Source of the DNA: Ophelia neglecta
Lineage: Eukaryota
DNA length: 64,000 nucleotides
NCBI GenBank assembly: GCA_965285935.1
Contig: OZ260667.1
Span: 32,426,001-32,490,000 of the forward strand
Direction: 5' to 3'
Every line of letters begins with the position of its first letter. Position 1 is the stretch's first letter. A model generated the notes under the pieces. That model had not been told where the DNA came from and made no database searches. It was given only the letters and a program-made list of their open reading frames with translations. Positions 50,431 to 62,057 of this stretch are shown in pieces. A program made the translations under genes and the position numbers.

Positions 50431-50918
50431 TGGTACTTATTTAGATTTTATATCATACCTATTTGCCAATGTTGAAATTATTAATTATTACAATTATAAA
50501 CCTGAAAGTGTATCCATGTACGAAACTGAACCAACTAGATAAATAGTAGGTGTAGCTTCACGTGTTATGAAGCGGGATGACAAGCTATATCCGCTCGTCT
50601 TTCTCCGCGGAACAGGCCATTCGGTACGAATCGCCGAGCTATCAGCTTGGCGGGATGACATTAGTATGGAACGTACCGATTGGCGGAAAACGCGGAATTT
50701 CGCGGAAATCGCGGAAATCCATTTTCTGACCCTTAAAAGGGTTTTTAAAGTGCAAAATAACTTTAACTTTCCTTTAACTATGTATCTGCTGCATAATAAA
50801 CTTGAATTGAACCTATCTGTCTTCTCCGCAAAATAATTCCGTGAAATATTATATTTGGCAGTCTCCATTCAGTTACCCCTGGCCGCTTATGCAATGGATA
50901 ATATTGGCGTGTATTCTA

Positions 50919-51085
50919 GGAATGTCAGACGACTCGGCACCTGGACGACTCGGCACCTATACCATTCTGCCAACTCGGCACCTAGCCCAGGACAACTCGG
51001 CACCTAGCCCAGGACGACTCGGCACCTGGTACCAGGACGACTCGGCACCTACTATATTTTATAAATATCTTAAGACTCGGCACCA
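50919..51085. repeat. Cluster of (ggac)gactcggcacct motifs, typical subterminal repeats of a DNA-transposon end nested in the Ginger-like element
   Basis: About 7 copies of actcggcacc at 16-35 bp spacing. Confidence 0.75.
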
Positions 51086-51854
51086 ACCATCTTTTATTAA
51101 AAACCTTTATGCTTTATACATGAAATATTTCTATATGATCATTTTTGATCCAATTGATGGAAGATCAAGCATCTTTAGGGTATATGTATGTGTGTAATTA
51201 CTCCTCAGCTTTTACGTTTGTAACTAATGTTTTCTTTGGCATATATATCCCACATTATAATTACTCTGTTTCTTCCGTTTTCACGCTGAATTACTATTTC
51301 CTTCCCTTATTAAGAGGAAATTTAATTAACTTGCCGAAATTTCATTGACAACTGCTGTCACTGTCAATTGTTTCTTAAAACCACGGTGACAGCAGCTGTC
51401 AATGGCCGGGTCACATTTCTTACACTGTGCTTATCATTAACCAGTTTAACCAACTTTAATAAATAATTGTCACCTTCACCAAAGCTTCGTTCACCAAATA
51501 TTTCAAGACATGAACACGAGGTAATTGGACATCTGAAACTGATTTTTATACATTTTTCACAAAGTACTTTTTATCAAATAGGGTTTCATAAGTTTTGTTT
51601 GCCAACTATTTTGTCGTGGTTTTCGTTATTAGAATATCTTTTTTTGTCTTGGAGAATTGTGATGACAGATTTTTTTTAAGGTGATTACAAATTCAACATT
51701 ATCAAGCATCTTCATTATAACATGAGTAATATTAAATTATACAAGATCAATATGAGAGCTGGGTGCCTAATAATTCCTGCCAAATTTTCCATGAGAAGAC
51801 TAGTTTTTGTAAATATATTGCAATCCTTTTAATATATCATATTGCAATTAGTTT

Positions 51855-52330
51855 TCAGTTATCACTGTTTGTACATAATTTGCATTCCCATCCGTGTCTA
51901 CTTGTTTTAGATACAATAGCATTACAACTCTGAAAAAAACCACTTATTGCAACATTTTTTAGTACATTTTATCATATCATCATAAATTTCTGGCATTTTG
52001 CATGAACAATATAATTCTATCTTTTTTACTGCTTCCCTTCCCATGGTTTTGGCTTCCCCTATTTTAGGAAATGGTTCAAATTTCTTTTTTCTAAACATTT
52101 AGCTAAATGAGACTTTAATTGTTTCACATCATATTGTGGGGTATTTCTTTCTATGCCAGCAACTCCTCTATGACAATACTCCCCTAGACTTTCTATTGCT
52201 ATGTAGACCCTAACCACAATCATCAGAATGTTCTTGCCTCTGAATTGGTAGAACTCCAACAGAAAGCTCATCCAAATCTTTGCCAAAAAGTGCACAAATT
52301 TGTATTTGCAACCTTGGGTGAATACTATAA
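51855..52330 (-). pseudogene. Frameshifted Ulp1/C48-like cysteine protease C-terminus plus PHD finger
   Basis: VLPIQRQEHSDDCG*, YDVKQLKSHLAKCLE, FEPFP, LYCSCKMPEIYDDMIKC..CCNKWF..SC...GWECKLC. Confidence 0.75.
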
Positions 52331-55099
52331 CCTCTTTTCCAAAGAGAATGTGGCCTTTTTCATGGTCTGAATAACAAGAATATTCGACCAAATAAACAAC
52401 AAGAATACTCAATGAAATAAATCATATCCTAATTAAGGTTATTGGGAAGAGAATTTTAAGTCGACAGCATGAGAAACACCAACCGCGCCAGTCTAGATGA
52501 CCGTTTGCATGGCCTTTTGCATGATGTATGGGGCCCTGGTCAGCTGTACAGGTTTTGTGATGTTCCAGACTGCGAAAATGTCTGACACGAATGTTGGTTT
52601 TTTAGTCGTTTTTGAAGTGATAATGGTTAAAAAAATTACCAAAAGTGTTCTTAAAGGTGAGATTACTTGATTAAAACAATTTGCGGGGTGGAAAACTCTA
52701 ATACATTAGCAACAAGGAACCTTATTAACTTGAGTAATAGATCTTTCCAAATTTCCGCAAATTGCGAGTTGACAGCCCGATTACAATATTTGTTGCTATA
52801 AGCATTACATAGCTTTTTTTAGAACAAAAACACTGGTTACAATTATATATACCCATATTTATTGACATGTAGCATTAAATTGGCCAAATGTGATCAGAAA
52901 TGTGAAATATAAGCATTTCCGCGATTTCCGCGAAATTCCGCGTTTTCCGTCAATCGGTACGTAACCATTAGTATTCAATATGGGGGGCATGGAATCACTT
53001 GTTATGAAGGGGGGGGGGGTGAAATTAGTATTCAATGTGGCGGGGGGGGGGGGCATGGAATTGGAATATAGCTACACCTCGCTACGGTCAGCTTTACATG
53101 CTTTGTAAGTCATGAAGGGAGTTGGTAAACCAAAAAAAAAAAAAAAAAAAAAAAAATGAAGAATTGGAGGATATGCAACAGATTTGGTTGGCTGTCACAG
53201 GCAGACGACATTTTGAACAGACGAACCGGCCAGTAGTAGAACAGCTAGAACGTGTTGAACGGTAGGCGGTAGTTTAAGTTAATAAAATGTAATCATAAAT
53301 AAACAGAGCCCTAAAGTGAGGGCCCAACCATAACCAACAATGAATTTTACTAGGCGGTCAACGAGGTTTTGGAAGGATTTAGCGTAAATGCAGGAACAGT
53401 GAACTCAATCTTCAGCTGTAGGCCGGGTCAGGCGAAACACCGGAATAACCCGTAATATCCAGTAAAAACCATTAGTTTTGACGAAATAACCCCCTGATCA
53501 TGTTAGGTACTAATACTATACTATTTTTAGCTGTTTTTGTATCGGTAAAGGCCTTTCTTTTGACCTTTTTTCAACTTGACACAGTGCAACCTATGCGCTG
53601 TCTAATACAGCATTATGGCAGCTATATCATCATTAATCGCTAGTTGTCAGCACTCGGGTTTATTTAACTTACTTGCATGGAAGGCAACTACTTGTTTAGG
53701 TGCTTGTTCAATGTGCTACTATTGTATTTACATATCGAGGCTGTATATGTATAGGTTAAACAAAACAGGTTTATTGTTTAGGGTAATTGCACGATGACAC
53801 TTTTTTTTTTGGGGGGGGGGGGGGGAGGTGAGCACTGCCTTCTCCTTGGTTAGTACATATTTTCCCTGGTATTGTAAAGGGGGCAGACAATTTTAGCCTT
53901 GGGACCATTCTGTGTGCCTTTTGTTCTGAAAGTTTTGTTTTATTTTTACAAAATCAAATTGACCTTGGGTGAACATAATATGGAGTACCAAATATAAGTT
54001 TGTATCTGATACACACTACAACCTTTATCCAGACTCTTGATATGGTAGAAAACTCCAATGACCAACAGAAAATTTTAGCAGCTCCCATCCAACATATTTT
54101 TTTTATATTAAAAATCCCTGTGTTTAGTTACAATCATAGTTAACTCATCAGCATCAAAATATATATAATGTGTGAAATTATTTTAAGCTCTGTATATTCA
54201 ATTTACTCTGTATATAGTATATACATAGACAAAAAACTCAGAAAAGCCAAACATTCATCTGTTTAGATAATTTAAGCACTTACCTTGTGTGGTGTTGGTT
54301 TAAACATATTTTGTTTAAACATTGTGTGGTGTTCACTGTGTTGCTTGTGCAATGTAATCTAACCTTCCAGGTAAAAACAATTTGGAGCACAGTTATGCTG
54401 ACAAATTTGTCTGGTATAACAGCAAATAGATGAATTGAATTTTTAAAACTTGTACACTGGTAACTTCTACACTGCTAAGACAGCTTGGAAGACAGCTATA
54501 ATATTAATGACTTGGTATAACAGCTAATGTGAAACTGTCCAAAACTTCTAAGCTGATAACTCTAGCTCAATCTGTCAACCCACAAGGCTGGTAAATCTAT
54601 CTCAATCTCTTAAACTTCTATTATGGCAACAATTCTTACTATTCCCAATCTTCAATCTTGTTAATCAGTCATTTGGTGTTATGAACACTTGACCTTATAT
54701 TTATGGTACCTGAACATACATGTAATTAAAATCTTATCCCTGTGTCATAGCTCGGAATAGCACAACTATTTGCTTAACTTTCTACCATATTTTGAACTTA
54801 TGGTGTGGGAACAGTACAGTTGTTACAGAACAATGTTGCACCATGCTGCCACCTGGGGCGTGTTCGGCATAAATGTGCCCCATTGCCAGGTTAGCCCACA
54901 TTTTTATTTGCGCACTCTCAAAATTTGCATTAAAAACTGTAGGGGTGTTGCATGGAAGGAAAGCAAAGCATAATTATTGCGTGAAGCCTAAACACATGTT
55001 ATTAACATTACTTTTCATCATAAATAAGAAGACGCATTATTGCAGTTATTTTTACAACTTGCTAAAATAAGAAGTAGATGGAATTTACAGTTCAAATGG

Positions 55100-56500
55100 G
55101 GTGAGTTCTCTTGAAGCCGCAAGTTGTAGCCAGACAGTAGTATGCGAAGTCTGTTTTAAATCACAATACACAAGTAGTATCAATGATCTAGATTAAATAT
55201 TTTATGATGCGGTTATTAGCTTTTAGAACAAAAAAAAACAAGTTAGTCTTTTGTTTCTGGTTGATTTGAGAAAGCCTTTTGAAACTATTGAAAGGAACTA
55301 TATTTATACGGAAAAGACACTCAAGTCTTATCATTTTTGCCCATTATTTCTTAAATGCTTCATATCATATTCTAGTCTCTGCATTCTTTACAGTCACCTG
55401 ATGCTCTACATGGATTGGCCACGACCATCAACATTGAACAAGTTACCTCTTAAAGCCAAACAGACCAAGGCGATGATTTTTCCCACACCACAAAGGTAAG
55501 TACTGAAACCTTTCATTCAAATTGACAGTATCACTTTGGACTTTAAGGACAATTTTAACATTTTTGGACTAAATTTGCACAAGATAGTCAGGATTGAAAC
55601 ATTAATTGGTTTCAATGCTGACACCGATCCCATTTTGAAGAAACTCAAACTGCTGAAAATCCACGATTGGTATAAAAATTCAGCCTCTTAAAATTTTATC
55701 ACAAGTTCTCAAATGATCAGCTACCAGCATATTTTTCAAGCTTTCTTATTCAACTTCACTCTGATATTCAAAGCTGAAATGCATAAAATGGGCAAAATTT
55801 CTATGCCTCAAATAATAGGCCTGTGATTGTTAACAAATTTCGACAACATAGCATTATTGTCACCTTCAACAGCACTCCTAGAGCATAATAAAGGAAAATT
55901 TTAGAATGCAAAACATACAAGGATATACACAGTACATTTTTAAGTATATGTTATGATACATGTTCACTCGTGAACTGTTAAGTATGTCTAAGCAAATTAC
56001 TAGATAGAATGCTATATAAGTTACTAAAATATTTGTTTATACATATACTTATATACATGAATTAGTTGAAAAAAGAGAGCATGTCATGCTAGGTCATGTT
56101 AAATAATGCTTCTAAGATTCAACTGAGAATGCTTCATCCTTCATCTTGTGGCTCATCTCTCATAGGATATCATTATTGAATGTTTTGATCTGTCTTTCGT
56201 TCCATTTTTTCTTCTTTTTTTGTGAAAGTTTAATATGAATGTGATCTGCAAGTGCACATTCTTGCATGAGTGGTTTAGGGTAAATTTTGATACTACATGT
56301 ACATACCCTGGCTCTGCCTTATAATTATGTGACTTACCGGTATTGTATCTGTGGAATTTGCTGACACCAAATTTGCCCTGCCCCCTTTTCTAGGGCAAAG
56401 GCCTTGAGCTCTCTCTTAGGCTGTCTACAGTAATGTGAATGGTGATGGTGAAGCAATTGAACCCAGTGCCCGTACTGTCATGAGAAGGAAATAAAAATTG
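55100..56500 (+). mobile_element. Degenerate CR1-clade LINE 3' fragment
   Basis: FLVDLRKPFETI, NKLPLKAKQTKAMIF, NA.TDPILKKLKLLKIHD, NDQLPAYF. Possible 3' end aaataaaaattga near 56490. Confidence 0.65.
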
Positions 56501-56859
56501 AGGACAAGGGAAACAGGTTTTCATATAAAATAAAAAGTGTCATTTTGTCCTTCACAATAAAATGATATATTTGTCTCTTTGAAATCACTCTGCAATTGGT
56601 GAAACGGCACAATTTTTCAATTGCATGCATCAGTTTGAGTAAATGCATACATTAGGCAAAAAGAAAATCACATTTTGACTATTATTGTGAATGTGAGTAT
56701 ATAGTGTTCAATAATTTTCTATACCAGTTGCCACCTGCAGATATATGTCTTGAAAGGTTCAAGAAACCTGAAGTGGAACTTGCCTTCTGAATCATGTTAT
56801 GATAACCAATGTGCACCAATGAAGGGTATGCCCACTTCCATAAAGCACCAAGACAGCTC

Positions 56860-57430
56860 TTGCTTTATACATTAAGGAATCAGGATTTCTCCTTTAAAAT
56901 TATGGGATGACTGGAAACTTTTATAAACCAGTAACTGAGGAGTGGCAGAGATTCTTGGACTAAAACCACTTTACTGGAGCAATCCTGACGGAATTATCAA
57001 ATGCCTTGACTGCTTCCCTTACCATTTGGTTGAAAAGTTGCTGGCTTATACTTTTAAATGGTTTTCTGAAAACCATATGAAGAAGAATCCTGATACATTT
57101 CGGGCACTAGCGATTGGCCAGAGGACCCGTGATGCTGTACCAGCTTTAATATAGGTGACTCAAAATAGCTGGTAACTAATCTGTTACACATTTTGGTATT
57201 GCAATTGGTTATATGTTACATTTTGGTACTCCAATCACAAAATGTTGTAAAACATCATCTGGGCAAAGCAATTTCCTCACACGAATAGGTATGCCTAAGG
57301 GGGTATCAGAGTTATTTACTCTGCCCACAACTAAAACGATAGTCTTTAATAGAAGAGTATATTTGAATATGCTACATAATACAAGTATTGCCAAAATAAA
57401 TATGATGAGAAATCTGACTAACACCATCTA
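56860..57430 (+). mobile_element. Degenerate CR1/L2 LINE fragment
   Basis: LDCFPYHLVEKLLAY and WFSENHMKKNPDTF resemble RT motifs AFD.LPH..L..KL.AY and WF..N.MK.NP.KF. Confidence 0.55.
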
Positions 57431-58325
57431 AATTTGCTTAAACCTATTGCCTTTTATTCGTTTTATTATTTATTTACTTCATTTTTGCCTTCTTCTCTAA
57501 TAAAAGTTATGTTTTCCTGTACCCTGTTATTTCTTGCTTAAATAATTTAATTGGTGTTTTGACTAAGGACTGGCAACAACAGTCCTTGAAGAACATTAGC
57601 GTTATGTTGGTTTGCCTCTGTACTTTATACAATTTCTTATAAGTGTTTTACTATTTATCAGGTGTACGATTTTTTTTTAGTTATGAACGTTCTATAGTGT
57701 GGAACTATTAACTAAATCTGAATTTAAAACTTGATGTGGTTTAAGCAAAAAATGTGGATTTTTTTTATTTGTTGCAAAGTACACACATTTTTATCAACCA
57801 TGTTATATGTTAGAAGAAATCAGTTGATATACGTTATTGGCTAGGTGATATCACATAATATCCTCAGTATGCTAGGAGACATTTCTATTAGAATGTGTCT
57901 TGCGACATCATGCGGGATATTGCTGATATTGAAACTATGTTAGGAGCGAGGGGATACATCATGCATAACTACGATAAATATTATAAGCAATAGATTTATA
58001 ACTAAAGTCTGATAAAACTTTATATATTTTTTGTGCATATTTATTGACTAACTTCTGTGGTCAAATAATAGTTAATTATTCAAAATTCAGGTGTAACCAA
58101 TATATTAAGTGCTTGGATTTCATTTTTAATGAACTAATTGTTGTCATGTGATCAATACACTTTGGAGCTACACAATATTATATATACAACACAAGTTTAT
58201 ATGCTTAGGCCTCAAAGGGCCTCAAATCTGATGTCCTTCCATTGAATGTGTTTATAAAGATAAGCAACCATACCTGTTTATATTCATACAAGCAAGTGTA
58301 TAATTATAATTAAATACAGATATTT

Positions 58326-58949
58326 TCAAACAATGGAGGTGATTATGAGTTCTATAATCATAGCCAGCCCAGTAAGTGTGATGATTGCAATCGCTATACA
58401 GGTTATCCGATTCCACAATTGAAACGCTCGGTGCCACTTTTCTTCTGGCAGTATCCACACCTTTGAGGAAGGTTGTTAAATGTATTAATATTTATATATA
58501 TAAGCGCAGTATAAGTACAATTAGACGTTGTAACCAGATTCTGACTCATCCATTATCATTATCATCTATGTGCTCATTTTTCTACTAAAATATCACATGA
58601 ATAGAAGCTAACAAACAATTATTGCGGGTTACATGTGATGGTTTTAAAACTGAGGTATTCCACTAAATTGTAGGCAAATATCACTTAATTAACAAATAGT
58701 ATATAAGCAGTTTGCGATCTCAACATTTACTTTCCGCGGAAAGTAACGTTGACATACAAAATGTACATGCTCTGTCTGCGAATAGGACTATAAACTGATA
58801 ACATATGAGAAACCGGTGTAAAATAAATTACTTACCTTGAGAATAAGGAAAACAAGACAGCTTAGTAAAATGAGGGTCATAGAGAGAACAATAATCACCG
58901 ACCCCGCCACACACAGGTTATAGCTCGTACATGACTTGGAATGGGCCAT
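58326..58949 (-). CDS. Candidate 82-aa two-transmembrane microprotein (two exons)
   Basis: Exon 58949-58836 (ataATGG Kozak context, donor AAG|gtaagt) joins exon 58460-58326 in phase 0: MAHSKSCTSYNLCVAGSVIIVLSMTLILLSCLVFLILKVWILPEEKWHRAFQLWNRITCIAIAIITLTGLAMIIELIITSIV*. Confidence 0.5.
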
Positions 58950-61900
58950 TATTTAACATGTATCATACACCTAGAGTTTGGGGTATCTTCCTTGAGAATT
59001 TGAAGCCTTTTGAAATGTCACTTGAACGATTGGTAATTTTGATTCTCTTTTACTATAAGCCCAGTTTCTTCATATCGTTGCTATGAGGTGGACATATGAC
59101 TAGCTGAAACAAGCAAACATCGAAAACAGAGGCTAATTAGCGAAGTAAACACTGCGTGAATATAAACGTAATTTATGGTTAATAGCTAATATTTGATGTG
59201 ATATAGTTGATTTACTCGCCGACTGTAATGAATGTACCTGTTTATATCATTACACTGGCAGCCAAGTAAAGTACGACAATTAACCTCTCTACTGTGTATT
59301 TCGAAGGTAGCAGCGTCCACATGCCTGAGATCATAGAAATCATCTGATGTTCGAGATTCCATTTGCCATAAATTCCTTGATGTGCACAACCAAAAACACC
59401 TGCCTTAACCTATGTTGACTTCTGAATATTGAGGAAATGTGCATGCCGTGCCGAAAGAAACTCGCCCCTTATTCATGCAAATTTTCATTAACAAATTCGC
59501 ATGAGTTCACTGCCAGATGTTTTTATAATGGCAACATTTTTCCCATCAAAAGTCTCTGTGTCCCGGTTTTCATCCATGGCCGACCAACTGTGCAAACCCA
59601 TAATTGAGAAAACTACTACTTAACAAATATATACATTTTCATTTCTAAATGTACAAATTTTAAGCATATTTTTAAAAAATATGCTTCATTTGTTAATTAA
59701 GCCTTTATTCTATAAACTCTAGAAGATGAACGCCAGAAATATCAAATTTATATTTAGGCTGTGTTCTTATTACCATGTTCAGGACGGGGCATGTTCGACT
59801 TAAAATATCTGCGCTTCTTTAACCTTCCTAACGGTTCCAACTCGTTCTGATGGGATGTTAGCCAAATGCCTAGTGATAAGTTAGGATGTCTTTAGGCACG
59901 GGTTTACAACATGTTGACCTTTATCACCAGAGCCAAATTAATGACCAAATGATGTATTTATTTGGACATCATCGTTTATACCAGGAGCATAATATAATCT
60001 CACGCCATCATGCGTGGAACAGATAAAGGATAAGGAGTTTGTTTGAGTGTTGACGTGCACAGTTGAACGATTTATGTATGGTACAATCATACCGACCAAA
60101 AGCCATACCACTTGTAGAAGAAAGTTTTTACCTTCATGTACTTTAATATACAATGAAATAATGATCGCCTTTATGTTTAAACGCAACACTGCCATACATA
60201 TATATATATATATATGTAAATATATTAAACACAGGTTAACACTGACTGAAACAAAATTTAAATATCATGCGTGCATTTTTCTTGTTATTTAGATATTTTA
60301 ACAAAATAAATGCTTCATTGCTTTAGTTATAATTGATTTGAGTGCTAGGCGAGTAGTCCTAGATATAGCACGTAAAGATCCCTTTGGACTTAGCTATCTT
60401 ATCGCGTCCCCCGTGACTGTCCTACAGATCGAAGAACATAGATCGCACATGGAAGAAATTATTTTATCACCTGAAATAGCTTGTCATACTTTAGAATTCT
60501 GCACTGAGCATTGAACATGGCCAGATTACGTCTTCTATTATGTGTGTTAATTTTGCAAGTCTTTGGAGTTCCTGCCGAGAAGAGACAATTGAGCTTGAGG
60601 GTAGGTCACGTTATTCGGCCCACTGCATATTTATAAAAGAAACATGCAACAAATGGCTTTGTTAACCTCTTTTTAAGATATAACATTTTGTAAAGGTGCT
60701 TTAAACAATGCTCGATTGTAGTCCCCTCAAGTGTATTTACTTGTGCATAAGACCAAGTTGTAATGTGAGCGTATCGCATGACGATAAGTTGTTATGAACA
60801 TCTTTGAATATAACACGCACGTCGCATTTACGAGGCAGTGTCGTGTTGCCTTGGAGGCCCTAGTATAAGTGACGTTTTTTTCGTCTTAAAATAATGTCCA
60901 ATGAATTTTGCATACCGGTGGTTGGGTATCAGCAGAGGTGGGATGGTAGTGAAGGCGGAATTTAACGTTTGGCTTTTTTTGCTGTTCATCCCTGCGAGAG
61001 GGTCACTGCTTCAGAAAATTTGAAAACGTTATCATTTTACCACTTTGTTTATACTTTTTTTGCGCAGAACTGTCCCTTCCTTTTTGTACACCCGTCATTT
61101 AAGAGCACACCGGTCATTGCGTGCATGGATAGTCTAAATAAAGTAGAAGTTAGAGTTTAGCATGCGGGTATGGCTAAACAATGATATTTTGACAAATGTC
61201 GTTTTATTAAATATTAGGCTGAGATGTAATCCCACATTAAAGCCACGCTCCACAGCAATAAAAGGAACGCAGGCTGATCAAGACAATTATATATCATTAT
61301 CATATCATTTCTGTCAGTAGGAATCTCTAGACTATTCAATAATGGGCCTATATTGAATATATATATACTTTTCTTGTTCGTTAATGACCGGGATATTATA
61401 CTGTAATATTAATCACTGTATTGCTGCATAATAATATTGTTAGCTGCAGTGACATTTCTCTGTCCTCAGTCCTTACAATAATGCCGTCAGCCTAATAAGT
61501 TTAAATATCAAATCGCGGAGTCCCACTTTGTTCAATCCTGGAAAGGAGCCAGACACCCTTCACCCTTCAAACGTAATGACAATGAAGATAAATTAGGCTA
61601 ATTAACTACACTGAAGTACAGTCAAAGTTTAACAAGTGTAGTGGGTAGTTTAAATGTAGCCTTCAGCCGGATAGGCCTATACGTTGAAATTTCACTCTTA
61701 AGAGCTGTCAGGACTGTATATATATTATATAATCCTTAACAGTATATTGATGTGTTATATATGTTTATGTAGTTGGTGGCATTAATTTTGACAAATTGAT
61801 ACTTCTTATATGTTATTACTTAGATCGAGACTGCGCTTCTCTAGGTCCCTCGTTGTGTTAAAAGATAAAGAAACTATGATTTCCAGTGGTAATTATCTCT

Positions 61901-62057
61901 GACTTGCTTTCTGCAGGACCTGCTAGTTGGCGGTTATGCCCGTGACCCGTCACGCCCTGTCGGATATGGGCTGAGCAGGAGGGCGGCTCAAATCCCTCAA
62001 CCCCAACGACCACTCGGAGAATTTGGCACCTTTAACAAACAGGAACCTGAACAATTT

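Larger units (their letters stand above)
50551..53076 (-). mobile_element. Non-autonomous Ginger-like DNA transposon carrying Ulp1-protease and PHD-finger remnants
   Basis: TGTAGCT...AGCTACA termini. A 48-bp subterminal inverted repeat (50671-50718 vs 52915-52962, one mismatch) is placed symmetrically. Internal coding relic on the minus strand. Confidence 0.65.

Noticed and set aside
50919-51085. CRISPR-like array
   Set aside because: Eukaryotic context, repeats only ~12-16 bp, spacers short and partly identical, no cas genes.
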